Assembly (NCBI RefSeq): GCF_036321535.1
Contig: NC_087437.1
Coordinates: 11,162,001 to 11,226,000 of the forward strand
DNA from: Camelus dromedarius
Taxonomy: Eukaryota
Direction: 5' to 3'
Length of the DNA stretch: 64,000 bases
Positions within the stretch are counted from its first letter, which is position 1. Each line of letters begins with the position of its first letter. Positions 13,006 to 25,639 of the stretch are shown in pieces. Under the pieces are notes generated by a model. That model was not told where the DNA came from. It saw only the letters and a list, made by a program, of their open reading frames with translations, and did no database searches. The translations under genes were made by a program, and so were the position numbers.

Positions 13006-14376
13006 CCAAACCCAGGAGCTTCTGATCCTCCTTTGTCAACTGGTACACGCTTGTAACATTGCAAGAGGGCACCGCCGTCAGGCACCACAGCAGAAGCGCA
13101 ATGTCCAGAGAAGAGGAGAGACCTTCCTCTTGTTTATTAGGGGGGAGCCTTTCTCCGGAGGCCCCAGCAGACTTCACCTCTCAGCTCCCACTGGCCAGAT
13201 AGAGTCTCATGCATCGAGGGACCCTGGAAAGCAAGTATTTAACATCTTTTTCATCCTCTGTAGAGAGCAGCAGCTCTTCCAGAAAGAACAAGGAGTTGGA
13301 GAATGGCCGTTGGATAGGCAATCGACAGGACTGTCTTCTGCATGGAATGCTGTCAGGGAGAAGGAAGGGTCCTCCTTTGTGAGCTCATCAATAATAGTTA
13401 CAGTCAGTGGCGACCAGAGCAGCATCCTAGTTGATACAGAAATGTTGCCATTGGCTTACCTCTAACAAATGCACGGTGGGGGCAAAAACACAGATCAGGC
13501 CCCCAGCCTGCCCTGGCTCTTCTCCCACGGCTGCCTTTGTCCCACAGCAGGAGGAGCTATTTTTTCAGGAATTTTGTGAGCCTGTGGACTTCACAGTGGT
13601 ATCTTGAAATTGGCCATGGGTGGGAGTATTGACACTGGAAATCAGTAAATGCTACGGATTAGGGCTCCTTAGACCACAACTACCAGCCACTGCTCAGTCT
13701 CTCACATACCCTGACGATTAGGTCCAAGCTGTGTTCAAGCCCCTTTAGCATCCTTGGGGCCCAGAGCTTTGGATACTGGCAGTGTGGTCCGGCTGGGAGA
13801 ACCAGGGAAAGAGGCTTGTGCAGGGAGCAGCCCAGGACCACTCGGGCAGGGAGTTCAGATTTGGAGCTGATCTAGAAGGGGGAACGGGTTCCAGTCATGC
13901 TTGGCCTGAGAAGGGACGGCCAGAGAAGTGTCAGGCTTGGGACTTCTAAGGTGTGACTTTGCAGCAGGGGCTCAGTAAGTAGCCTGGGTTGTAGGGAGGG
14001 CAAGAGAGGGGAGTCCTTTTGTCCCCTCCCCCCAGTCCTCTGCCTCTGATTGGACGGGAGAGAACACCCCTGACCCCCACCCACCCGCCTGATGGCCTTC
14101 TCAATGCAGGAGGATTGCTGGTCTCAGTCATGGCCGTGTTTCAGTAGCGGACAGGGTCACTATGTACTGAAGTTTGGGACTGCTGCAAGATGCAGCTTTT
14201 GCAATTGTGTCCTCCCTCGGGGCCAGCACCCCGGGCCGCTCACCTCCTGTTAGCGCACCTGAGGCTTACATAGGTTTGAATCCTTCCTGTTTTAGACTCA
14301 GGGAGGAGAGACCGAGAGGCCTCCTAGCTTGACTCTGCCCGATTAGATCCAGCCTTTATCTTTAATTTGTACCCCT

Positions 14377-14568
14377 AGAACCATGTTTCTTAAGGAGTAG
14401 CGCTCAAACCAGCAGCACCAGCAGCACCGGAGAACTTGTTAGACATGCAGGTTCTAGAGTCCCACCCAGACCGCCTGGACCGGAAACTCTGGGGGTGGGG
14501 CCTACCCGTCTGTGTCAATAAACCCTCCAGGGGATTCGGATGCTGCTGAAAGACTGAGAACCACTACT
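14377..14568. mobile_element. MER5A-like hAT-Charlie DNA transposon
   Basis: accagcagcaccagcagcacc...gaacttgttagacatgcaggttct...gaaactctgggggtggggcc...tgagaaccact. Confidence 0.8.
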
Positions 14569-14588
14569 CTGGAAGAACACAGCTTGGG

Positions 14589-14975
14589 GTATTAGTTTGC
14601 CAGGGGTGTGACCCTAGCGAACACAGTCATTTCTTGCAGTTCCGGATACTGGAAGTCCAAGATCAGAGTGTGGGCGGGGTTGGTTCCTTCTGCGGGCTGT
14701 GAGGTCGGGAGGTGCTCTGGGCCTCTCTCATTGGCTTGTAGAAGGTGTTCTCCTTGTGTTTTTAGGTCACCTTCCCTCTGTTCCTGTCTGTGTCCAAAAT
14801 TTCTTCTTCATGTAAATGCACCAGTCAGATTGGATTAGGGTCCACCCTCATGACCTTGTTTTAATTTAATCACCTCTTTAAAAATCATATCTGCAAATAT
14901 AGTTACATTCTGAGGTACTGGAGGTTAGGACTTATATGGATTTTGGGGGAGGGGGACATGATTCAGCCCATAGCA
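14589..14975 (-). mobile_element. MaLR LTR (MLT1B/C-like)
   Basis: gtattagtttgccaggg...gaagtccaagatcag...ccagtcagattggattagggtccaccc...acattctgaggtactgg...attcagcccata. Confidence 0.8.
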
Positions 14976-15110
14976 CTTAGGAAACCTGGTCATATAATTT
15001 ATGTATCTGTCCCCCACCCCACCATTCCCCAATTGTGAGCATATAGAGATCAGAGACTGGGTATTCCTTGTTTTTATAGCTCTAGTGTCTTACAAAATGC
15101 CCTAGTAGTC

Positions 15111-15730
15111 TTTTTTTTTAATTGACATTTACAATGTTGTGTTAATTTTCGGTGTACAGCATAGTGATTCAGTTATATATATATATGCATATATATGTGT
15201 GTATATGCATTCTTTTCCATTATAGGCTATTACAAGATACTGAAAATAGTTCCTTGTGTTATATAGTAGGACCTTGCTGTTTATCTGTTTTATATATAGT
15301 AGTGTGTATCTGCAAATCCCAATTTATCCCTCCATCCACCCCGCCCTTTACTCTCAAACCATAGTTTGTTTTCTATGTCTGTGAGTGTTTCTGTTTTGTA
15401 AAAAGTTCATTTGTGTCTATTTTTTGGATTCCACATACAAGTGGTATCACATTGTATTTTTCTCTTTGGCCGACTTCACTTAGGACGATCTCCAGGTCCA
15501 TGCATGTTGCTGCAAATGGCATTATATTATTCCCTTTTTTATGGCTGAGTAGTATTCCATTGTATAAATATACCACAACTTCTTTATCCATTCATCTGTC
15601 AATGCACATTTAGGTTGCTTCCATGTCTTGGCTATTGTAAATAGTGCTGCTATGAACACTGGGGTGCATGTGTCTTTTTGAATTAGAGTTCCTTCTGGAT
15701 ACATGCCCAAGAGTGGGATTGCTGGATCAT
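15111..15730 (-). mobile_element. 5'-truncated L1 3' end inserted in an L2 tail
   Basis: ORF2 C-terminal peptide (DPAIPLLGMYP...TCTPVFIAALFTIAKTWKQPKC); imperfect TSD cctagtagtcttt / cccaatagtcttt. Confidence 0.9.
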
Positions 15731-17905
15731 CCCAATAGTCTTTCAATAAATGCTATTTAAATTGATTGACTATTAGTGGAGGAGATTTCTGATGTTTTAT
15801 TGGGGTTATAATCTTAAAAAACTTTTTTTTTTTTTGGTGTGCAAAGTAGTCATCTCAAAGCTTAGTAAGGTCTTTGGCCTTTTTTCGAGGAAGTCTGATG
15901 TAGGACACTTATTGGCTGAGGTCTTACCACCTCCTGTTGACACAGATTTCTGAACCGCCTAACCCTGCTTGCTTCTTTTGTGCACTGTGTGTCTACAGAG
16001 GGAGCATTCTTCTGGGGCCACAGAAGAGGCTTGACATCTAAACTCTCTCAGAACCTTGTTTGTTTATTTTCTTCTTTTCTATCTGAGAGTTTTTGAAAGA
16101 AAAAAGTGAAAAAAAAAAATAGCCCCGCTTCATTCAAACATGGCAAAGGATTCTAGGTGTTTGTATTTTTCAGCACTCAAAGCCAGGCTGTAATTAACAG
16201 ATAATTGTCATTGAGAGGTATCACACTTTATTTGTTAGGGATTTTCCATTGTTAAGTTTCAATTTAGTTGACAGTAGAATTACGAGTTGCTATGGAAACC
16301 TATCCACCGCCCAAGCTGCCTGGGCCTTAAAGACACAGACACCACATGGTTTTATTCCATAGAGCTGACACTGTTATAAAGCAGAGTGGAGAAAAGTGAA
16401 CGTAGGTGAAATTAGAGCAGACATCCTGCTCCCTCCTCTCTTTCCTTCCCTTCCCTCTTGTGGTTTCTGTGTTTACCAGGCCCCTGAATAGCCCAGTGTT
16501 GGAAAGTGTATAATTTGGTCTCTGGAGTTCTTTCAAGAAAACAACCAGGTTGCTGTCTCCCAGGCAGTTTTCTTACCTCTGTTGGAGTTAAGAAGCTTTG
16601 GGGGTGGTTGGCATGGATGTATTAAACTCCCGCTCCAATCCAAGGTTGGACAAATGATAAACTTCTGTCACTTCTGTGACCATCCTTCTTTCATTCAGGT
16701 GGGACATACAAGAAGTCTCTAGAAACTGAAGATGGCTTCTCGGGGCCTCTCCAACTTAAGAGGAGCCAGAAAGGCCTGACCGATCTGAAAAGCCATTCCT
16801 GGTTATGCCCAGAAATTGAATTAGTCAGCTAAGCTTGAGAAAATGCTGGAACCTCTTGCCACTGCTCTAAGTGGATTTTCTCATTCTTCTGAGTTTTGCC
16901 CACAGCCACTTGTGCATTATGTTACAACGCTAATTACAAAAGATCTTGAGAGCCAAAGGGAAGCTGATTCATCTGATAAACTCATTTCAAGACATACCCT
17001 TCCAGGAGGCAAGGTGCAGAAGTGAAAGAATAAAACAAGATCCATCCAGAAAACCCACGCTTCACTGTTGTGCAATTGTCTGAATTTGCAATTGTCTGAA
17101 GTTTGCCCGCTAGGAAAGTTTAGATTTTACTGGGATGTACTTATTTTCAGTCTTGCTTTATTTCTTTTCAGGCATTAGGTTATTCAGTGCTGATTTTTGT
17201 GGCTGCTTTAAGGGAGGAGGGACTACCTTTTTTTGGTGCAGGAAGTGCTTTCTTTCATTTGGAAAGTGGATGGAACCTGGCATGGGAGCGAACTGGGCTT
17301 TATCCCGCGACTTCTTTGAGAATGCAGGGAGCCTCGACCTTCTCAGTTAACCCCGTTCATGAGCCTGATGATGACAACACCAGGACTTTGGGCTGGGAGA
17401 GGATCTTAGAGACCATCTGTTGCAACAGTGCTGAGTCTTCTCTCACCAGGACACTTCACTGGTGTTTTAGTTTGCATCCTCCCCAAAGCAGACGTGAGGA
17501 CAGGACGTTGGGTGCTGGGAAAGGGTGCCAGGAAGCAGAAGTGAGGAGGGAGAGCTGGGGAGGGATGAGGAAAGCTGAGACAGGGTGTGCTCGAGGCCAG
17601 CCGGGCTCTTTTTGTGGGGGACCACCTGAATACACCTCCGAGCTGTCCCTGCAGGGGACGAGGACGATGGGTATTTACCCACACATTCTGTCTCTTAGTG
17701 GTTGGCAGTTGCCCCTTAGGACTGAACTTCTTCCCATCCACCAGAGGTAAGCCCTCAGGCTGAGAAACAGAGCAGCCTAAGCCCCTGCAGCGAGTCACTG
17801 GCAGCAAGCTTGGGGACTGCCCTCTGCTGCTGTAGGTGAAACCACCCGTGGGCCAGGGCAGCGACTGCAGCTACATCACGGATTTCAGTGGGAGTACCTG
17901 TAGTT

Positions 17906-18460
17906 ATTGTGGTGGTTTTAAAGTCTCATCTGCAAATTCTCGACACACCTCCCCCTAAGAGGTTGGGATCTATGGATTCCTTTTCCTCCAGTCTAGGCAG
18001 GCTTGTGACTGCTTTAACCAATAGACTATGGTAAAGGTGATCTACGTGACTTTCAAGGTTAGGTCATAAAAAAGCTATGTGGCTTCCACCTTGGCTGCTG
18101 GGACACTTGCATTTGGAGTTTTGATCTGCTATGTGAGGAATCCAGCTGGTCTGGGATGCCACGGTGCAGAGGCCGTGTGTAAGCTCTTTGGTCAACTGCC
18201 CCCCACTGATCTCCCAAATCAATGGCTAGAGTCAGCTGCCGACCATGTGGCTGAAGCATCTCAGATATGTGCCCAGCTGGCTCTTCAGAGATCTGTAGTT
18301 TCCGCCAATATCTGACTGCAACCTCTTGAGTGACTTGCAGTGGGAACTTCCCAGTCAAAGCTCTACCTGAATTCCTGACCCCAAGAATCTCTGAGAAAAA
18401 TAAAGTGATTATTGTTTTACGTGTTTATGCCTGAAGTCAGGCAATAATAGTAACTGGAAC
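17906..18460 (+). mobile_element. MaLR LTR (MLT1G/H-like)
   Basis: tgtggtggtttta start; gtgactgctttaaccaataga; aataaa near the 3' end; ends gtaactggaac. Confidence 0.75.
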
Positions 18461-18646
18461 GCTTATTCAGGAACCTGACAGTAAGGCTTTCTTGGCACCT
18501 TCTGGAACAAGGAGAGGGCCTATCATTTTTCAGAAAAGGCTGTGGAAGCCCGGAGGATTAGAGAAACTCACCTGAGTGCACATTGGCAGATGTTTCCAGC
18601 TGTACCATTAGCAGTTCCCCATCTGCAATAATGGGAGATAAAATTT

Positions 18647-19361
18647 ACTTATTTATATTGAAGTATAGTCAGCTTACAATGTTGTGTCAGTTTCTGGTGT
18701 ACAGCACCATGTTTTAGCCATACATATATATACATATATTCCTTTTCATATTCTTTTTCATTATTGAATTTAGTTCTCTGTGTTATACAGAAGAAACCTG
18801 TTGTTTATCTATTTTATATATAGTAGTTAGTATCTGCAAATTTTGAACTCCTAATTTATCCCTTCCCACCCCCTTTACCCCTGGTAACCGTACATTTGTT
18901 CTCTATGTCTGTGAATCTGTTTCTGTTTTGTACATAAGTTCATTTGTGTCTTTTTTTTTTTTAAGTTTCCAAATATAAGCAATATCATATGGTATTTTTC
19001 TCTCTCTTTCTGGCTTACTCACTTAGAATGATGATCTCCAGGTCCATCCATGTTGCTGCAAATGTTAATATTTTATTCTTTTTTTGTGACTGAGTAGTAT
19101 TCCATTGTATATATACCATGTCTTCTTTATCCAGTTACCTGTTGATGGACATTACGGTTGTTTCCTTGTCTTGGCTGTTGTAAATGGTGCTGCTATGAAC
19201 ATTGGGGTGCATGTGTCTTTTCCAATTAGAGTTCCCTCAAGATATATGCCCAGGAGTGGGATTGCCAGATCAGATGTTAAGTCTATTTTTAGTTTTTTAA
19301 GGAACCTCTGTAGTGGCTGCACCAATTTACATTCCCACCAACAGTATAAAAGGGTTCCTTT
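18647..19361 (-). mobile_element. 5'-truncated L1 3' end
   Basis: ORF2 C-terminal peptide ([10 protein letters not shown]...AIPLLGIY); TSD tgggagataa(a/t)attt at 18632-18646 and 19362-19376. Confidence 0.9.
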
Positions 19362-20689
19362 TGGGAGATAATATTTTGACAAGGGCTTTGGGAAGAGTCT
19401 GGCAGCACCTTGCACTCATGTGGTGCCTTTTCTTTCCTTACATTGTAATTCTCCCATGTCATTTTGTTCCATTCAGTTGCTGAGAGGGTTGCAAGTTTGT
19501 TCCCACTGCTATTTCATAAAGAAACCATCTCACTCTCTTTATCCAAAGCAGGGAGACTCAAGGACAAAGGAGACAGGGGGAAGGATTTGTTTAACTATCT
19601 GGAAATCTTTCCATCATATGCATATTAAACTTGGACAAACCTTTTTAAGAACTTGATGTTCCAGTGGGGAGACAGAGTATGATTCACAAATTCTGGAACT
19701 CTTTGAGGGGCTGGAGAAGAAAGTTCTTTAAAATTTTGGCATCAGGATCATTTGAGCCTTGAGATAACTCCTTCAGAAGAGAATGTCAATGCTGTACAAT
19801 GTAATACCTATAATGAATGGAGTGTGAACACATTCAACAGCACATGGGTTCCATTTTCCTTGGTAATACACTTGGGTTTAGAAGTGAAGGAGAAAATCCA
19901 TAAGAAAATATGTTTTGGTTTTTTTTTAAGATGTATAATGTTAGGTAAAAAGAATTTTAAAACTCCAAACCATTCCTGACATCAGATGAACCCAAACTCC
20001 TGTCATTTTTATCCACTTCTGGTTCAAACCCCTAAGGCTGATTTATCACCTGCATCTTGCAGAAGTTGATAATAAATCTTTCCTTATGTCAATGAGAATA
20101 AAAATCCTGCGATGAAAAATGGTCAGTCTGATGGTACTGCAGGGCATGGGCTTCAGAAACTGACAGTTCAAATGGCCCTAAAAAAAGATCTAACTGAGAA
20201 GTGATCACTTCAGAGACTGCATATCGATAAACTTTTGTTGCAGATTCTAAAGTGGCTAGACTTCAGCTTTCTTCAGGATCCCTGAAATGCAACTGCGCAT
20301 CTTCTGTCTACAGAACATCATAAACAGTGCTGCTTGGGACGCTGGTTTGATCTTTCTTTTTTACCCCCTTCTTTTTTAAGATGAATTTAGGTTGTAGGCA
20401 CAAGTAAGGAGAAATTCTGGGAAAATGTCCACCCAAAGTTCTCAGGGTGTTCTCCAACTTTAAATACTAAATTAAGACTGTAAACTGATGTGTGCATAGA
20501 AGGTGCCTACGTGGGTGTTTATTTATGTATACCTACCTCGTCCCCAAACAGAAGTTAGTTTATTTCTTTATCCTGTATATTTCCTTAAACTGGAAATGAG
20601 ATCTCAAGAACTGATTAGGTTCTGGTTAATGATTTATGTCTACAATACACTGTAGGTGACATTGCAGCTTCACGTAGCATCGTGGCTGG

Positions 20690-21090
20690 TTATTTAGCTC
20701 GTGGTTCTGAAGGTCGAGTCTTCAGTTTGGGCTGAGCTCCGCTGGGAAGATCTGGTCTTGGCTGGGTTTGTTCGTGTATCTCTGGTCAGCTGGTGGTCTG
20801 GCTGGGCTGCCTGGCTTCTGAGGTCACTGTGATCCAGGTGATTTTTTGATTTTTAAGCGTGCTAGTTTGGGCTCAGTCCCACGGCAGCTAGGGTTCCAAG
20901 AGCAAGAGCAGAAGCCCTCCAGGTTTCTTGAGGACTAGGTTCTGAGCTACTATAGTCTCACTGTCAAAGAAAATCTCAAGGCCAGCCCACAGGTGGAGAA
21001 GACGACTTCCTGATGGAAGGAGATACAGTGCCACGTTGCTAGGGTATCGTCACGAGGAGGGAAAGAAGGTGTGACCAGTTTTTTCGTCCA
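20690..21090 (-). mobile_element. MaLR LTR (old MLT1)
   Basis: tttgggctgagctccgctggg...ttccaagagcaagagcagaagc...caaggccagcccacag. Confidence 0.6.
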
Positions 21091-21527
21091 CCGCATTGGA
21101 TTTGTAATTTTTGCCAGGGCATGTTTTTCTCAACTTGTGTATGGGCACCAGCAGGAAGATGGTCCACGCTACTGTTGAGAACGTGAGTTTCTGAGAAACC
21201 AGGTATATGAATGTGTCAGAGTAACAGAGAAGCAGCCCTGAAAATGAGGGTATTGAGTTAAGTTGAGATGGCAAGTCAGCAGTTAGTGAGGAGCTTTTGG
21301 AAAAACCATCATGGCAACAACTTGCTGTGCATTTGCCTTTGTGAGATGATAAATAAATACAGCATTTGCCTTGGAAGATTCTATATCTTCAGCAACTCAG
21401 CTATAGAATAGGACATCCAGGTAGCTCACCTGAAAATGTAACTACCACTAAATAGAACCTGTAGCATATCGAATATATTATGGACGGTTGCAAGCTGTAG
21501 CAGTGCTATGCAGAGTAGGATCACTTT

Positions 21528-21862
21528 ATAACAAAATACCATAGACTGGCTTAAACAACAGAAATTTATTTCTCGCAGTCCGGAGGCTGGGAGGTCTGAG
21601 ATCAGGTTAGGTTCCTGGCTTGCAGACATTGCCTTTTTGCTGTGGGAGGGGAGGTGGGGAGACAGAGAGAGAAGTGGGGACAGGGGGAGAGGAAGCTCTC
21701 TGATCTCATCCTACAAGGGCTCTAACTCCATCAGGGGGACGCCACCCGTATCACCTCATCCAAACCTGATGACCTCTCAAAGGCCCCATGTCCAAAAAGC
21801 ATCACACTGAGGGTGTCAGGAATTCAACATTAGAATCTGGGGGACACAAATCTTCAGTCTAC
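21528..21862 (-). mobile_element. MaLR LTR (MLT1A-like)
   Basis: ataacaaaataccatagactggcttaaacaacagaaatttatttctcgcag...ggaggctggga...gggacacaaatcttcagtc. Confidence 0.8.
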
Positions 21863-22417
21863 AAGTTGCACACAAAATCGGATTTTCTGGTTTATACTGA
21901 TTGGGGAGCGAGCAGCATTTTGAATGTCTAGGGGGATATGGTAGCGCATTTCAAATATTTAAAGGGCTCATATGTGGAAAAGTAAGTAAATCTTGTGGTG
22001 TCTCAGAAGAGAAATTGAAAATTATAGATAAAAGTGATGAAAACTATAGAAAGCTGAGTTCAGTTTATTGCAAGAAAGAACTTTGGAATCAAATCCCTGT
22101 CCTACAGGGTCACAGGCTCCATATGATTAGCTGGTTCAGAGAAGGACCCCAACCGACTTGCTGGCTATTCTATTCTATGTGGGGCATTTTGCTAAGTATT
22201 TGGCAGATGGTGGTAAAAAATACAGTTTTATCAAACTGTGGTGTAGTACTACTGGAGATCGTGTGACTTCTGCAGGATAGTTAGAGAAGGGACTATGTCA
22301 AAAATTTTAGACTGGCCATTTCTGAAGACTACTGAGGATGAGAACACTGTCACCCACATTCAAGTATTTTATCCTCTGCTGAACCCAAGGAGGGGTGATA
22401 CGCTAACTCTCATTTAC

Positions 22418-22432
22418 CCAGCAGGCGGCGCT
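22418..22432 (+). promoter_or_regulatory. Candidate CTCF site
   Basis: CCAGCAGGCGGCGCT, one mismatch from the CCASYAGRKGGCR core, with CpGs retained in CpG-poor DNA. Confidence 0.55.
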
Positions 22433-23377
22433 CCAGCACTGGGGATCACATAGAAAGTCTCACTAGCGAAATGAGGACTTTTTAGTTAATGTTTGTTTTT
22501 CAGGCAAAGAAGGAAAGCTGTTAGGAAAAATAAACAGTTTATCAGGCATTGCGACAAAGACACTTGAGTGGAAAGACAAGCTGTCACTTCAAGGATAGGA
22601 AGAAAAATCCTTGCATTTGTAGAGGCATCAGATGCTGCGTGAGTGCCTGGTAAGGAAAAAAAGTCATGAAATGAGGAAGGAGAGAAAAACAGCTGAGATA
22701 AAAGAGAAGATTAAGAACACAGAAAACAACTGAAATCATCTGCAAGCAAGGATGGATGAATGCAGCCTTGGGAGTGGGATGTGGAGGAGGGCTGTACAAT
22801 TGGAAAAAATTAAAACTCCTGAAATATAATTGAGAATCATTCTAAGTACTCAGCTGTACCATTTACTTCAGATGCCAAATTTCCTGTGTAATTGGTTTCA
22901 GTTGCCCAGCCCACATTCAGTTTTTGTTTCATAGCTTTCAATATTTTGAGGTCTTCAGAACAGAAACTTTTGCACCTAATGACAAGTGCCTGATTTCTGA
23001 GATAAGATTGCTTTACTGTTTTCCAAATTTTCAGGTAAGGAAAACAAAACAGCTGAATTAGGAACTAAGTTTCAGTTAAAGAGATTGGGGCAGGAACAGT
23101 AAATTAAAAGAAAAAAATACTCACTGTGAAAATAGTTGGATTTTGAAGTGTCTTGTGCTAACCTCTGACTGGGATTAGAGAAGATGCTCCCAATTTAGTC
23201 TTCACTTCCTCCCCTGTGCCATTAAAATATTTTTCTCAAGGAGAACTTCTCTACGTTTATCTTTTTGTATCAAATCAATTGTTTTGAGAATCTTTTTATA
23301 AGGTTTTTAATGCAACCTTGTTTCACTTCATTTACTTCAGTAGAGAGGTTTAATCAGCAGAATACCTTAATATTATT

Positions 23378-23728
23378 ATGTTCACTTAGTATGATCATCT
23401 CTAGGTCCATCCATGTTGCTGCAAATGGCATTATTTTATTCTTTTTATGGCTGAGTAGTATTCCATTACATAAATATACCATAGCTTCTTTATCCAGTCA
23501 TCTGTTGATGGACATTTAGGTTGCTTCCACGTCTTGGCTAATGTAGATAGTGCTGTTATGAACATTGGGGTGTATGGATCTTTTCGAATTAGAATTTCCT
23601 CCAGATATATGCCCAGGAGTGGGATTGCTGGATCATAGGGTAACTCTAGTTTTAGTTTTTTGAGGAACCTCCATACTGTTCTCCATAGTGGCTGCACCAA
23701 TTCATATTCCCACCAACAGTGAAGGAGG
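23378..23728 (-). mobile_element. L1 ORF2 C-terminal fragment
   Basis: [39 protein letters not shown]...TWKQPKCPSTDDWIKKLWYIY. Confidence 0.9.
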
Positions 23729-25639
23729 TGGGGAACTTTTCCAAAGGCAAACAGCTGGCAAGTGGCTGAACTGGATCTGAACCCAGGTGGGTATGACTGT
23801 AAAGACCACCCACCACAAGAGGACTTCAGAACATTTGTCGCAGTTTGATTTGTTGAATTTTTGCAGATTTCCTTCAAACTGATCTTACATGACTGACCAC
23901 AAGCAAACTTCTTAATTTCTGGATGTGATTGTTTCCATTTCTAAGGAGATAAGTGTGTCTCTCAGGCTTGTAGAAGAATTAAGGGAAACAGTGTATGTCA
24001 CTGTGCCTATATAGTGCCTGAGCATAGTATGTGCTCAGTAAAGCTTAACTGCCTTTTCCTTCCTTAGAAATACAAGTATTTAAATCCAAGTTCATCTTAG
24101 ATGTAAGTAAGAAGCTGTTAAGTAGAAGAGAGACACTCAGATTCCGGTTTGTCCCAGGGAACTTGAAGTATCTTAGTAGGAAGGAAGGCAGCCATTCTGT
24201 TTGTCAGTCAACAAGACCTACACAAGCCTTCTGCATTTTTTTAGGGAGTCTGCCACTATATTTGCCTCACGTCACCCAGCCCCTCTGATAGTGGATGTTG
24301 TGTTGTGTCTGTTGTGAACAACTTTTTCTCACTGGTACAACCAAAAGGAACTGGACACTCTCCAGGTGAGCCATTCAGAAGCCCTGTGTATTCCAATTAC
24401 TCTCTTGGTTTGGAATTCCATCATTTTCCTACACACCTTCACGTGATAATTCCATTATCTGCTATTTCTGAGTCTTTTTTGGGGGGGGCTAATCTATCTC
24501 CTGCATTGGGTCACATTTTTCTGCTTCTTTGCACGTCTAGTAATTTTTTAGATGTTGACATTATAAATGATATTTTGTTGTGTGTTGAGATCTTGATGCC
24601 TAAGCAAATTGTTGATGTGTGTTTGGTAGGAAGGAAACTCACTTGCCGATCAGCCTGATCTTCCCTAGGCTTGCTTTTAAGCTTTGTTTGGTGTAGTCTA
24701 CTCTACTACTGAGGCATGACAATTTGGGGGCCCCTCTGAATGCCCATGTATTCAATGAGTCCTCTCCACTCTGGCTGGGGGAACTCAAAACATCTCCCAG
24801 CCCTAAATTGGCTCTGGGAATCGCTCAGCTTTTAGCTACCCGGCAGTTGTCCTTTAGCTTTCTAGACCTTTACCTAAGTGCTTACAGATTAATATTCGGT
24901 CTGTCTTGAGAAGACCTCTATGCAGATTTCTGGAAAACTTTCTTTGCACAGCTCCCTCCTCTGATACCAACTCTGCCCTATAAATTCCGGCTGCCTCCGC
25001 TTCTCCAAGTGCACCTTTGTCTCCTCAACTTGGCGAGTCTCCCAGGTTCAGTCCGGGTTTACTTCCCGGTGCCAAAGTCCAGAAATTGCCTCTAGGCAGA
25101 AAACTAGGGCAACTGTAGGAGAGCTCACTCTGTTTACTTCCTTCCTCTCAGAAATCACGGGCCCGCCCTGTCCTGCCCGCTGTCAGCTCGCTGCTCCCAG
25201 GGGGAAGGCCTGTCCTGGGCCACTTACTACTCCCTGGGATGTAACGGTCTGCACACCCTCACTTGGTGGGGTCCTACTTACTCCACTTCTAAGGCTCAGT
25301 TCAACCAGCATCTCCCCTGGGAAACCTTTTGGATTTCCACCAGTTAGACTTAAGGGCTACACCGTTGTCTGCTTATTTATGCTCCATTTACGCCCCATCC
25401 CACCCCCACCCCGGACTGCGGTTACTTATGGCGTGGATTGCACTATCTCAGGGTCTCCCGCCCCTAGCAGGCCCTTCGGACACAGCAGGTGCTCAATAAA
25501 CGCTCATCGACGAAATGGGTAAATTGCACGGAATTGTGTTTTTTGACTTTAAGTTTTGCCAAGAGTGCCCCTCACTCATCCTCTATGTCTAAGGCTCCTC
25601 TCTCCTGGTCCCTCTAACTCAGACACAAGTTAGCATAAT

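Noticed and set aside
17187..17750. 187-aa ORF
   Set aside because: Non-ATG start, no recognisable domain, no exon context.
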